From contig WELB01000001.1 of the NCBI GenBank assembly GCA_009602725.1, positions 2,175,117 to 2,239,116 of the forward strand: 64,000 bases of DNA, read 5' to 3'. Source of the stretch: Spirogloea muscicola (taxonomy: Eukaryota). This document shows positions 25,095 through 38,097 of this stretch, piece by piece. Position 1 is the stretch's first letter. Each line of letters begins with the position of its first letter. A model generated the notes under the pieces. It ran no database searches and was not told where the DNA came from. It saw nothing but the letters and a program-made list of their open reading frames with translations. The position numbers and the translations under genes were made by a program.

Positions 25095-26337
25095 ATGCAG
25101 CAGAGCCGCAGCCAGCTACTAGGAGGGAGCAGCATGCCGGCTTCGCGTGGAACCGGCAGTGAGTGTGATAGCTCTCCTGCTCGCTGTCCTGCTGATCAAT
25201 GGCAGCTGCTCGGCTGCACTTCTGACTGGCATGCGCCTCGGCAGGCCAAGACAATGAGGGGATTGCTGCGGCGGTGGCAGGAGCCAGCGAGGGCATCGAT
25301 CTGTCGCCGTCAGCGACCACAGCAGCATTTGACCCCGTGCTGCCGCTTCTGCGGCTGCCTGTGCCGGCGGGCCCCGGCGACGACCCCGACAAAGGGCCCT
25401 ACATGCTGGCCTTCCGCGATGTTGACAGCTGGCGATGTGCATGGGCCCACTGCGAGCAGAAGATCGCACTTCAATGCGAGGTGAAGACCTTGCTTAAGCT
25501 TAAGCCCCTGACTTTAACGTCGTAGAATCAGGAAAGCATAGGTCTCACGCAAGTATTTATATGATCACTCATTGTCATTAGTGATAGTCGCTTCTTAGTG
25601 ACCCCAGCTGCAAGGGGCCACTAAGGAAGGTGTCTGTCAGTGGTTCTTGACCAAGTTATTGAAGAGGTTGACGGCGATCACTATGGAGCACGCACATCAC
25701 CCGCCGCAGGCTGGGACGCGCATGGGCTGCTCCCTGGCAGCCACTAGTCGCTGCCGCACGCCGTGGTGGCGAGCGGCGCTGCCGCGGCTCCTTGGCCGGG
25801 GTGCCGTCGATGCTGAGGACAAGGAGCGCGAGGCATGCGAGGAGGCTGAGATGCTGGCCTGCCTCGCCGACTCCCACTCCCGCTGCTCCAAGCACGCCAG
25901 GTGGGGCACAACTACCAGCATTAGCATCAACCTCCACTTGCAAACCTGGAAGCTTAGTTTGCAACTCCAAACTTCTGTATCAAATTGCTAACTCTATGCT
26001 TGGGACCTTTAGACCTGACGCCTGGGTTTCGGCACCGCAAGGAGTTTAGTGAGCCGGCTGCCGCACCATGCAATTGAGCAGAGCATCACCTATCTGGCGG
26101 AGGTGCAGGGAAAGCTGCGATCTAGTGTTCTCCGACCTGCGAATTGCAGACAGTCTGGACCTCGTCAACCCCAAGTTCCTGGACAAGAGCCTGCAGCAAG
26201 CGCTTGCGCTCGGGCATGCTAAGACCCCACGGAGGGTGGCCACCGGCGACAGCACCGTTGGCACAGCGGCAGCTGCCAGCCAGAGCTCTGGGGCAAAGCC
26301 CTCGCAGCAGGTGCTCAATTGCCCTCCCTCGTCTTAG
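25095..26337 (+). CDS. Conserved plant uncharacterised Cys-rich protein (start uncertain)
   Basis: Spliced FDPVLPLLRLPVPAGPGDDPDKGPYMLAF...CEQKIALQCE|AGTRMGCSLAATSRCRTPWW...EREACEEAEMLACL...|ESCDLVFSDLRIA resembles a land-plant 'expressed protein' family (from memory). Confidence 0.75.
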
Positions 26338-26849
26338 CTGGGATTGTTTGACTGCACACCGCTAGCCCCAGCAACTGTGAAAGGTCGAAAAGAGTGATAG
26401 CGACTGTTTAGTGGTCAAGTCAAGCCTTCACTGCAAGGGATGCAGTCAGGAGGTCAGGCAGACGCAGCGAACCATCACTGATGATCAGGCATACTTCCTG
26501 AGGCAGGCGCAGACGGCCGGCCTGCACAGTGGGTGGCACAGTCTCGACCAGAATATCTGGGAGGAGGGGGAGCTGCCGAGCGGGCGGGTGTCGAATATCA
26601 GAAGCAGCAGGCAACTGGCGCAGCGCGACGCAGGCCCTAGTGTGTGGCACATGCCTGGGCGGGGCGATGCAGATTACGCTAGCGGCAGCTTAAGTGGTGG
26701 TGCCGACTTCGCTGAGCCCCACCAGGGCTGGGAAGGCGGCCTCATACGGCCCAAGGCTAGCCGCGCGAGGAGCACTGGCCCTGCCGCATAATGCCACATT
26801 CAGCGGCCACCAAATTTGCCTGCAAGTTGCTGACGGATCTGCTAAGTCT

Positions 26850-27135
26850 ATAAAACGCTCCCAGCATTCCCAACCTTTCTTCCAATGCTCCCTGTCTCAC
26901 ACAGCGCACTTGCTGGCAGGCTGCACTATGGCTGCTGCTTCTGGGTCTCGTCGGGGTGCCTCTTTTCCAGCTGCAAGTTACTCCCACTTGTTGCTGCTAA
27001 CTCGGGGTTATCTAGTTCCCATCCGCTGTAGACTCTTGCATAGCTGTGTGGTCAAGGCGCCTTTCGGCCCTTTGGACCTTGTCCATTCTTTCTGGCCTGG
27101 CTATTCACAGCCCATGCCTTTTAGTAGAAGAGCTG
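26850..27135 (+). mobile_element. Degenerate CRE-like 3' fragment
   Basis: AHLLAGCTMAAASGSRRGASFPAASYSHLLLLTRGY, then ggaccttgtccattctttctggcctggctattcacagccc. Confidence 0.75.
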
Positions 27136-27614
27136 TTGCTCTCAACTAGAAGAAGCCGGCCAGACAGATGGAAGGGCCTCCTACTGCCGCTGTCATGGCA
27201 GCTCCAGCAAGCTGCAGCCCAGCCAAGCTGGGTAGGAATGAGGCCGCACAGCGCTCCAGCAGCATGGTTCAAGTCATCCGCACAAATGTTGTGGTAAAGT
27301 GGTGTACTCATATATTAGCGACATTGCAACATGCACGGAGCTTGACCGGGCGCGAAGCTCATCGTCGAATCAAAAGTAGCCAAAGAATGACAAAGAGCTC
27401 CTGGATCTGCCTAGCCTGCACACTGAAGTCCAATCAGCGGCAGATACATGTTTCGATACCTGCGCCATGCATGTGCAGCAGCGATGCTAGGATGAAAGAT
27501 GCAGGCACGGCTGGCGCCAGAGGAGTAAGTCCTAGGGCGCCTAAGCCCGCAATGTAAGGCGAGAGCGAGCTGCACGACAGGGGATTGGGGCGGGGGGGAA
27601 GAGTGCGTGTCACG

Positions 27615-28548
27615 TCAGCCCTTGTCGATCTTGACTTTGCCCAGCTCCAGACTGACGCGGTTCTCCTGGTCCAGCACATTGAGCATCACAGGGTCGATGT
27701 CCAAGTCGCTATCCACGTAGATCTGCACACGGCTTTCTCTTGCTGCCTCAACATGAGCTACCGCTGCCTCTGGTTTGGGGATGACACAGGTGCTGCGCTC
27801 GGGGCCCATGTGTAAACAATGGCTCGCTCGCATTCTGCCAGCAGAGGCGAGGAGTAAGGGATGAGGGCACCTTGAAGGTGTGGCGCAGGAAGAGGAGGCG
27901 GGCCTCGCCGGAGATGGTGACGAGGGAGTGGATGGTCATCTTGCGCGCGGCGACGTCGGAGAGCAGCGCCAGCATGTGGCTGCTGATCTCCAGGCCGTCC
28001 AGCTTGCACGGCAGCTCCATCACGTGCTCGCTGCGTGCGCCCTGCCCGCCCGACGGCACCTGCCCATAACAGCGCGCAGCGCACCATCAGTGCCGTGCCT
28101 GCCGGCCAGCACCTAGCCGCCGACCTGCCTGGTGGAATTCTGACAAGAGTGCCTCGAGCTCTGAGGCTTGAGTTGGGTTTATCATAATCATCAAAACCCA
28201 ACTCAACACAAATCCTAAACTTCAGTGGCTCCGAGGTCCAGACCGGCGCACCTGGGCCTGGCCCAGGAGCTGGCCGCGGTAGAAGATGTCCATGGTGGTG
28301 TCGGCGTACGTGATGGGCACGACATTGCGGTTGACGACGCGGATGGCCAGCGTCAGCTCGACGTCCACGACGGCTAGGATGAGCGGCGAGTCGGTGCACC
28401 AGCGCATCGAGAAGCCGCGCAGCGCCACGTCCACGACCTCGAACAGCGGGTCGCGCGGCCGAGCGTACCACAGCCCCACCACCGCGCCGCCCGCCAGCGC
28501 CAGCAGCCCGCCCGCCTTCGCCGCCGTGCCGCTCTTCCGCGGCGGCAT
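27615..28548 (-). CDS. LEA_2 (NHL/desiccation-related) domain protein with N-terminal TM helix, 3 exons
   Basis: RPRDPLFEVV...ELTLAIRVVNRNVVPITY...IFYRGQLLGQAQ|VPSGGQGARS...LLSDVAARKM...HTFK|IYVDSDLDIDPVMLNVLDQEN. Confidence 0.88.
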
Positions 28549-28597
28549 CGCGCGCCGCCTGGCGCGACGCCCGNGCAGCTGTCACGATGCGCCGCCG

Positions 28598-28631
<34 letters not shown>

Positions 28632-29175
28632 GGGAAGGAGCGGGGGGGCCGTCTCGACCAGGGCTGCTTGCTGGTCGGGCAGCGACGGCGGGGCGGAGCG
28701 GCGCGAGTTCGAATCCGGCGCAGCTCACTGTGCTGGGCTGGGGCGAACACCATACTTTTTTGCCCCACAGGGCCCCCCCCCGGCTCACGACCGCCGCCGC
28801 AGTCCGCTATGGCTAGGCGAGCCCACCCGCCACGGCTCAACGTTCACGCGCTCATGGAAGGACGCCCCTTGGTCCACGCCGCCATGCGGACCTGAGCCAG
28901 TGCGGGTCACCCACACACTGCCCAGGAGCTTCACCGCGTCCTTTGTGCATGAATCCTGAGAGCCTCTCAAACCCGAGTCGTCAACCCCAAGATTAAGCCC
29001 CAACGAGGCCCAGAAGTGCAGATGGCTTAGCTAAACTAGCTCCTGCAGTCAGGGCGGCCACAGGACCAGCAAGCTGAGCTGAGGGGCCCCCACAGTCCCC
29101 CGGCTTCTCATTGGGGCACTCCTGTTTGCTTGTGGGCACACGCAACTGCTGCCGCCGCCGCCGTGCCGCTTCCCA

Positions 29176-30034
29176 ATGGTCCTCCTGCTGTTGCGTATTC
29201 GCGCGGAGCTGGATAACGTCACCGACTTGCAGCCAGAGGAGGACCATACTTTTCGCGTCAAGGTACGTGCAGCTGCCGCGCCCAACTTGGCTGCGGCTGG
29301 CCGGCTGCCCGGGCTTCCTTGGGCTGCGGGCTGCCGCTGATCGTGCTAGCCGGCGGTGGCTGCTGTGCGAGCGGCGGCGAAGGTGCGGTGCTCCAGCTGC
29401 AATGAGGAGAGCGACAAGGAGTCGATGCTGACGGCTGGTGAGGAGTACGGCACGCGGCTCAGCGCCAGTGCGCCTCGTCAGTCGCGTGCCGTTGGCGCCA
29501 CAAATCTGATCCAAAAGGTCCACCCTCCACCTGCAGCCGTTCTCCGCCGCCACTCTGTGTCCGTTAGGTAGGCTGACACTGATTCTGCCTGACGACCCAG
29601 TGCAAGTTCTGCGGAAGGACGGGCACCATCTCGATCCTGGACGGTTGTGGCCGGCCACTTACGGCTGAGGATAGCGAGGCTGGGCGCTTCGCACCGGTGC
29701 TCGGTATGGACTGCCGTGGCATCCAGCCCGTGCATTTCATACCTGGTGATGGGTGGGTGGCCAAGGGAGCCGAGTCTGGTACCGCCTTTGCCAACATCGA
29801 CCTCTCTGACGGCGACTGGTCAGGTGAGGAGATACTTCAGGCTCTTCTGGGTCCAACTAGTAATCAGGGCTTAGACTTAGCTTGACCTGTTATTGACTGA
29901 ATGCAGGCGGTGCCAGGATCGTGTTCTGATGCTGGTTGTCAGCGACCTTGTGCCTGGGAGCAGAGTACGACGAGAAGTCGCAGCTGCCCGTTGGCATCTC
30001 CAACGTGCAGCACGAGTTTGTTGCGAGCAAGTAG
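29176..30034 (+). CDS. CXXC-motif zinc-binding protein (UPF0587/CZIB/C1orf123 family), 4 exons
   Basis: MVLLLLRIRAELDNVTDLQP...K|VRCSSCNE...NLIQK|CKFCGRTG...DCRGIQP...ESGTAFANIDLSDGDWS|EYDEK...VGI. Confidence 0.9.
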
Positions 30035-30871
30035 ACGGACTGCCTTCCTCGAGCGACAGCCTTTCCAGGCCCTGCTGACAGGGCAATCCCACGGACCTGT
30101 TGAGCAGCTGGGTGCCACAATATGTGTGGGATAGAGCTGGGCACAGTTGCCCCTTGTTGATGCAGGTGGTGTGCAGAAAGTGCGCCCCATGTGGTGTGTG
30201 GCCCAACGTTGCAGAAGGCAGGATGATGCATGAGCACAGCAAGGAGCATAGCACCGCCACCAGCAATTGCTGACTGGCTCATAGGCAAGTGCTGCCAAGC
30301 AATCAGGTGCTGCAGCAGCTGATCACCAGAATCTCAGTTCAACTGCTGGCAGCCGCCCCTTGCCAGATTGCCAGCCATTTGTCGCTTTTAGAAGCCTCTG
30401 ATGGTATGAAGCTGCAAATGAGCAGGCGGCCAGCACTTTGAATTACAGTGTCAACCCATCCTGGAGTATGAATAAATGTCGTCTCCAGGGGGCGTATAAA
30501 GACTACTTAATTTCTTTCTTTCTAGCCCAATCGAGGAATGCCTGCTAGTGATTATTTGGTTGAGTCGATATCAGTTCCAATTGGTGCCAGGACACTGATT
30601 GCTGCATAGCCTTCTCTCAGAGTAATTTGAATGGTCTCGAGAATGTTGGGACCAGAGACTTGCAACATCAAACCTTCACTCAACAGTGGAAATATATGAG
30701 CTCTGCTTAAGCTGTGAGCCAAGCACCAATCTCAACAATTGAAGCTTGCCAAACTGACTTCCACCTTGCCAGCACCGTCAATGCAAGCTCGCTCTTGGAG
30801 GTCGCAGAATCGCCATTGCGGCACAGTGGCAATTCTGCCACAATGCCACAACTCAGCGATTGTCTTGGCTC

Positions 30872-33800
30872 TCACGGAATTTTGCGAACTTGGATAGACT
30901 GAAGAAGGTCGATGTCGACCCCTTCTGCAACGACGTCTGTTACTGCTACAACCAGGTCTCCTGACTTCATCATGCCTCGTGCCTACATAGAGCAGCATGC
31001 CATGAGTAAGTCCATGTATTTGCCTCACATGGATCAGGAAGAGATGCATATCATCGTTACTTCGTACTTAAGAAGAAGTTACATCGTGGACCAGTAACAT
31101 TGATTTGCAACCTTGCCTACATAAGTGGCATGGCAATGGACAACTCCCGAAGCCATCAATGAAAGCAAGGGACGTACCTTCAGCAGCACAAAAGTGCGGC
31201 GCAGGTTCGCTTCCATGTCATCAGAGAACTGGATTTCAAATGGTATGAGGCCCCAGTACAAGTTCAGACGTCGGCGCACCGTCTGTGACAACACATGTGC
31301 CAGGCACCAAGTCAAGTTCAATGCAGCCAATGTAGGGCCACGTCAATCTTAGCCTGCCAAGCAACAACTGCCACCTTGACAAAGGAGCTAAGAGAGCTCC
31401 TCACACCTTGGAGTCAGTGAATGCAAAGATTGGGCAGTCTGGTCGGTTCCGGGATAACAGCGAAGCCATGTAACCTCGTCGTGTGTACACAAAAATTGCA
31501 TTCACACCCAGCTGGTTTGCTGCAGACGTTGACATTTGAGTGTCGAGTGTCAAATATGCTCGTATTGAAGATGCAGAGATGTTATGTGCAAACACAAGGT
31601 CCTGAAATGATTTTCACACAAGGTGTCCATGTCTTCATTGTTATGAGAAGCGCACCCATCTGTGCAGCAGAGTTGCATATCTGTTCGGATATGCGCTCGG
31701 AGAGCTGTGACGAAAGCGACTCTAGGCGCATGTTCTCGTGGTGCTTTTCATCTCTACACCACTTCTCAATCCTCAATGACACCGTCCGCAGTACTGCAAG
31801 GGCCTTGTCTGGGTACTGGCCCATGGCCGACTCCCCAGAGAGCATGAGAGCATCCGCCCGTTGCCTAACTGCTTCAGAGATGTCCGCTACCTGTGCCCCA
31901 AAGAGAGTTCAGAGAGCCAGTGTAATTAGATCAATCTGTCGGCACCTTCGGTATTTCCGAGGGAAAGAGGTACAATGATTTCAGTGCTGTATACAGTCAA
32001 ATGCCTCCAAAAGTACGTTGGCAAAGTTTTTTGATACTGTACATAGCTATACACAGACATCAGATCATATGAAAGACAGGCTCAAGTACATCTGACAAAG
32101 CAACCCTTGCACTTGGCAATATATAGTTCCAACAATGACGGAGCCCAACACAATTTTGACTTTGATACTGTCTCTGGTAAAATCTCTAACCTCGGCACGT
32201 GTCGGTGTTGGGAATTCAATCATTGACTCAAGAAGCTGGGAAGCCACAATAACCGGCTTATTAAGCTGGCGGCAGATGCTGACAATCTCCTGCTGCACCG
32301 AGGGGACCTGCTCCAGGGGGATCTGTGCACCCAAGTCTCCTCGAGCTACCATAGCGCCATCGGAGACAGAAATGATCTCCTCCAGGCACTTGAGGGAGTC
32401 ACTGCTTTCGATCTTGGCAATGATACATATAGGCCTGTGGAAGGCCATCGCTACAATGTCGCTCAAGTCCAGAGTAGGACAGTACTTGTGATTATGCAGG
32501 TAGCAGGCAACCAGTCCCGCCCGCCTACTGCAGCACTCTCATAATGCTGCTGAAGATCATGACACCTATGCCTATGTCCAAGGAGCTTTTTGTGAACTGC
32601 TCGTGCACCCTGCAAGTCTTCAGCAGCCCCAGAGTTGCAGGAGAAGCTGCCGGTGACTAACCTGGTAGGTGACCTTGCATCACAGTAGCTTCGGAGATGT
32701 TTGATGACATCCGGTGATCTCACGAAAGAAACAGCCAAGAAGTCGACCCCCTCACCAATGCCAAAGTCTATATCAATCCAGTCCTGCAAAGACAGGCCAT
32801 CATGATGGAGCATTCCTCAGGATCGGTAGCCATGAGCATCGGTTTGCAGCACGGAATATTCTAATATTACTAGTATATTCAATTGGTATCATGGTCGTGG
32901 AAGATTACTAGACACGTGTGGGACATAGCTTCATTGAGCATGACTAGAAGCAGAGAGTGACAACATCAAGGTATAGGACCTTTGACGAGATAGTGGGTAG
33001 CATGGCGTTGCGCTCCCGAACAAGCCGGCCCTGCCTGAAGAAGGTCAAGTTGGCACGAGGGAGGAGCAGTCCTGGGTCCACGCAGCGGCAACGCACATCT
33101 GGACCAACTTTGCCAAGAACCTCAAACCGCACCATGCCTCCGTCTATCACAACCTCATCTCCCTCCCTCACATCTGTAGTCCAATGAGCCCTTCTCAGTC
33201 TTCAACGGAAGTGCGCTCTTCAAGCAGAGGCAGGAGCATTCAGAGACATGGAGCAGATCTGCTTTGAGCGTAGCAGTCTAGAAGGTCTGGTAGGTCTAGT
33301 ATGGGTACACAATGCTCAGACAAGCAAACTCTGCCTCACCATCGATGAACCCATCATAGTTGACTTGTATGTTGTGCTTTGGCAATGGAGTGCCTTGAGC
33401 GAATTTTCTTACTGTGAAAATCCATTCCTCGCCATCCTGCACACAATATGTGACGTCATTTGCATAGCCGCTGTGCATGTACTTCCTGACTATTCCAACA
33501 GCTAGCATCTGCGCTTGGAGCTCATTTTCTGTGTATCTTATGAGTACAATGAGCGGAACGGAAAGAGCCACTAATGGCCCACCAACAATCACTAGGAAGT
33601 GGGATCACGATATAGCGTGAGAACAACATCCAAGTACAGCCCAAGAACAGCTGAGGCTACCTACAAGCAAGACCTGAGAAGACTATCAAAGTGGGGTTCA
33701 ACATGCAGCAGCATAATTCAGTAAGATTCAGAGTACAATTGGCTGGAGTCTCCTTTACGCACCTCTGCCTTTTCAGATGGTGCGCCACCTAGATCGCCCA

Positions 33801-35281
33801 TGTGAATTTCGCTACCCTCTGTATCCATCATGATGGCAAGAGAATATCCCTTCTCCATGTTCAATTTCTTGACGTTCTGGTAAGAAATGCAGATGACAGA
33901 TAGACCTGTTAATAAGGTCATATGCCTGGGAGATACTCACTATCCAGCTAAGCCAGCTGCGAAGATGGCATGGCAAAGTCCTCCATGGTCCCTTGTGTCT
34001 GCTCTTAGAGGCGGTGTACCTTCTTGTTGACCAGGACCTTTTGGGACTGGCTGCACGCATAATTTTTGAGGTCCTTTAGCATAGTCTGCATGGCTTATCA
34101 CCTAGACCCCCAGCATAATTGCTTGAGTGCGAGGCAGTTTGGTACCTGTATCACGTTGTGATGCCATTCATGGCTTCCATGACACATGTTCAGCCGTGCA
34201 ACGTTCATGCCTCCAATGGCTAGGGCCTCCAGACTCTCAAAGGAGCGGCACGCAGGCCCAATTGTACAGATGAGCTTCGTCCTGCGCGTGCTCCTGAACC
34301 CATTCTCCTTCAGATCAGCCTCAGCTACTGAATCAACCTCGATCAGCGTGGAGGACATAGGCGCTCCATTGCTTTGACCTGTAAGCGAGCACCAAATGTT
34401 ATCTGAGTGTCTGTGAAGCAAAATTCACGTCAGCGGCCACAGCCCATTGTGATCAGGAGCAGGTTGCTACCATTAGCTGTGGCCAGATCAGACTCCGACT
34501 ACTTCATCAGGCTTCTAGCAGTCTAACCCATCTCACAGCCTTCCACTTGACTGCGAGACCCCAATCTCCCCCCCTCTTCCCGCCCCGTCCCCCCCTCCCT
34601 TTCCCCTCCACCCTCTACCTTCATCCACGTGTTAGTACAGAGAAATTCTCCGCAAACGGGTCGGCTGCAATGCAGAAAGAGTACTGCCTTACCTTGCACT
34701 GTGCCTACAGGTACCCCATTGGCTTCCATGCTTTCAATGAGCTCGTCTGGCAAGTCCTTCGTCTTCACGCCTATAGTCTGTGACGCCAGTGCATCTTCAG
34801 CCTGTGTCGTTGATTTCGCATCCGCAGCCGTGGCCACAGCTTCATCATCCACCTCTGCAGTAGCCATGCCGGCTGCTGCCGACTGGCTGGCCACGTCTGG
34901 GCCACTTCCACGAGGCTCCGGCCGCATCCTCCACTGCTTCCTCTGCCCAAGCGGAGCTCCCGCTTGGCTCCCGCTTGGGTGTCCGTGCTGTAGCCAGACA
35001 ACAGCACCTTCGGCATGGTGAACAGTAGAGTAATGTGGCTGTACATACAAACGCTTGCAGATCGTCAGGGAAAGCCGTGCTCTAGCATTCGGAAGGAGGG
35101 GGATCCTCTAAAGCTGATGGCCGATTACCTGCGTCAGGCAGTCCAGGGCTCGGCAGCTCTGTGAGGGCCTCGGTGGCGACCGCACCACTTGCCCTTGCCT
35201 CGGCACCTCCGCGGACGGCCCGAGGGCGGGGGCGGCGACCGTCGCGAGGCCCGCGGCCAGGCGCATTGACGCAGCCGCCAT
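30872..35281 (-). CDS. Plastidial pyruvate kinase (alpha-type), multi-exon, with transit peptide
   Basis: [113 protein letters not shown]. Confidence 0.95.
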
Positions 35282-35864
35282 GGCGGGCTTCTTGGGGGTT
35301 CAAGCTCGCCGGCGCGCACAGCAGGGGCTGCCTGAGCTACCTGCTACCCGAACGTACGCCTTGCTTGAACGGCAGTAACCAGGACCGGCGCAGCAGAGAG
35401 ACGCAGCCGGTCTTGGGCGATCCACGAGAGCCCGGGAACGGCGGCGGCGGTCGCGACGCCGCGGCGGCGCAGGTGGCGGCGGCGGCGGCGGCCGGGGAAG
35501 AAGGCGCCGCGGCGCACAGAAATGAGAGGCCGATGGTAAAGGCCAGAGCTCGTGAGTGACAAGAACCAAGAAAGGCGTGAGAAGGACGGTGGGCATCTTC
35601 CTTCCACTTGAGGTGGCTTGCCTTTCCCGCCGTCGCAGGTCGTGGGGGGGGGGCGGCGGGTCGTGATGGGGACAGGCGCGGCCCCATCACAACGGCAGTG
35701 GTGCGTCGAGACTGGGGCTCCACCGAGCGGTCCACCGGGAACGGCGGGCTGGCGACGCGGGTGACTTGGGATTGGGGGTTTGGAGGCCGTCAGACGGTGT
35801 TATGGGAGGGACTCTAGCCTCGTCGCCGCATCGTCGTGGCGGGGTCTCGTTGCGCTCTTGTTGT

Positions 35865-36645
35865 CATTTGGCCCCTTCGAACCCCTTCGTCAATTCTTTT
35901 CGGGCTGGCTTTTCACACGCGCGCAGCACCTGCGGGCCGGCAGAGCCCTCGCTGCTGCCTCTGGCTCTGGCCAGGAAGAAAGTGCTCGCCAGGGACCAAC
36001 TTCCAGGAGCCTAGCGTCCCTGACCTGAGGCTGCTTAGCAGGGGTTACTGAGTGATCCGTTGCTGCTTTGTTTCTTTGTGTGCTTGTTTTTCTTAGCGCT
36101 TCCCCCGGCCCCCTTCTCGTCCTCTGTTCATTCTTTTTTGGGCTGGCTTTTCCAGCCCCTATTCTCAATGGGCGAGCACTTTCTTTTTTCACAGCCCTTG
36201 CCCCCATTGAGAGAGCCACTTCTCCGGGCGGAGTTGCGGCGCAACTCCGCCCTGCGTCCAGGGTTTGTCCCAACATGTTCCGTGATTTTGCACCTTGCGG
36301 CCCTTTCGAACTTCACATTCTGTTTGGGCTGGCCTTTTATTTCTCCCTCAGACCTTGTCCATTTCTTTGGGCTGGCCGTTCCCAGCCACCAGTCAATCTG
36401 GCCGCGCTTCCTCTTTTATACGCTTCGCATTGCTTTGGAAGAGCTGTTAATTCATTTGTTCACAGCCCTCGCCCGACTGCTTTTCGGAATTATTTTTAGC
36501 AAGCGCGGCCAGATTAACTGGTGGCTGGGAGAGGCCAGCCCAAATTCCAGCCCCTATTCTCAATGGGCGAGCACTTTCTCTTCCAGCCCGAAGGCATGGA
36601 CAAGGTCTGAAGGAGCCGGAGTGCGAAGGACGAAGACATCAGCCA
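35865..36645. mobile_element. Nested pile of at least 7 CRE-like 3' fragments with TSDs
   Basis: TSD pairs: ttttcaca 35910/36186, gccagg 35970/35988, cttttat 36334/36413, ccagcccRaa 36535/36583. ORF tail DLRLLSRGY* ends at 36051. Confidence 0.85.
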
Positions 36646-37451
36646 CGAGTTTGCCAGTGCCCACTTGGCACGAGCTTCTCCGCCGCCGCTGCGAGACGAG
36701 GGAAACGGGGACCGCCCAGTTGCTCCACCCGCGGACCAATGGCGCCGCAGGTTGGCGTCGCCCTGGCCGCCCGTCCCAAGCCACGGGAGCGGAGCCTGAC
36801 GGTTGCTGGGGGGCCGACGCTCGCAGGGCCCGGCGCCGCCACGTGTCACGCACCCCGAGCCCGCGGCAAGGGAGTCGGAGGCGAGGGACTCCGCCCGGCA
36901 CGCGGGAACGAGGATGACGGAAGGCGGGATGCCAGCAAGGCGGCCCAGACACACGTGGCAGCCAAGCTGGCGGCCGATCGGCCCCCCCGCGCCGGTTCGG
37001 AGCGCGCGAGGCTGGGCGTCGACGCCGGCGCACGGCGGCCCAGCGAGCCATGGCGGCCCCCCCCCCCTCCTTCCCTTCACCTCCCCTGGCTCCTCCCTCC
37101 TCCCTCTCTCCTCTGCCTCAGCAGCCGCTTTCTCTCTCGCAGCGCCGCCTCCTAACTGCCGCCGGCGTAGCTCCAGTACGGCGCCGTGGCCCCTGCAGCC
37201 GCAACTTGCCGCGCATGCGCCTGCCGGAAGGGCGCCGAAGCTCGCCGACCGCGCCCCACAGCACGTCCCCTAGTGTGGCCGGCGCCGCCGCTGCTGCCGC
37301 CGCTCCGTTCTGCTCCTCCACCTGCTGCCCGCTTGAGCAGGCCGGCCGCAGCTCCACCTCGGCCGTCTCTGATACGACTTCTTGCAGCTGCGCTGAGCCG
37401 AGGCGTGGGCCCGAGCCGCATGCTCATGCAGGCGCCGGTCTCTGCGGCAGC

Positions 37452-38097
37452 ATGAGGCCACGCCGGCGCGCTCTCGGCGGCGAGTCCCAGCATCAGCCGT
37501 CCACAATAGTGGCAAAGACGTTTCTGCTGTGCGTCGTCGCCAGCGCCCTCGTTGTGGCCAGAAGCCAACCGCCGCCGCTGCCTCCGCCGCCGCCGCCGCC
37601 ACCGCCGCCACCGGCGGGCGGCTCGGGACAGCCGGGCCAAGCCGGAGGCCCGTCGCAGGTCACGGTGCAGGTGCAGGTGAATGCGACCGGCGGCGGCGGN
37701 NNNNNNNNNNNNNNNNNNNNNNNNNNNNNNAAGCCCCCCACCGCCACCAGTGCCGCCGCCGCCATCGCCGCCGTCCCGGCAGTCGCCACCGCCGCCTCCA
37801 CAGCGGCCCCCCCGCCGGCGGCCTCCTCCTGCGCCAGCGCCCGCCTCGCCGCCGCCCATCATCATCCCCTTCCCCCCGACGCTGCCGGCCTCGGGAGGTG
37901 CCACTACATCGCTCAGTGGTTCTGGGCGCGCCAAAAGCAGCTCAGCTGGGACCGTGGCGGCAGTGTCGTCTGTCCTCTCCGTGGGAGCAGCAGCCGCGCT
38001 CATAACCGCAATCGCACTGGCCATCCGGAGGAGGCTGAGGGAGCAGAGCCCCGCGCAAGAGGACAGTGACGAGCAGGCGTTGCATGCACAAGTATGA
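37452..38097 (+). CDS. Proline-rich (HRGP/extensin-like) type-I membrane protein; internal N gap
   Basis: Hydrophobic signal (TFLLCVVASALVVARS), poly-Pro and SPPPP tracts, C-terminal TM (VAAVSSVLSVGAAAALITAIALAI) followed by RRR. Confidence 0.65.

Noticed and set aside
36123..36185. snRNA or spliced-leader RNA (Sm-like U-tract + hairpin)
   Set aside because: The motif repeatedly follows the retroelement stop codon and has variable 5' ends with TSDs; no snRNA body or donor site seen.
35865..36645. CRISPR-like array of palindromic repeats
   Set aside because: Irregular spacing, mixed orientation, TSDs and attachment to RLE ORF tails; eukaryotic context with no cas genes.
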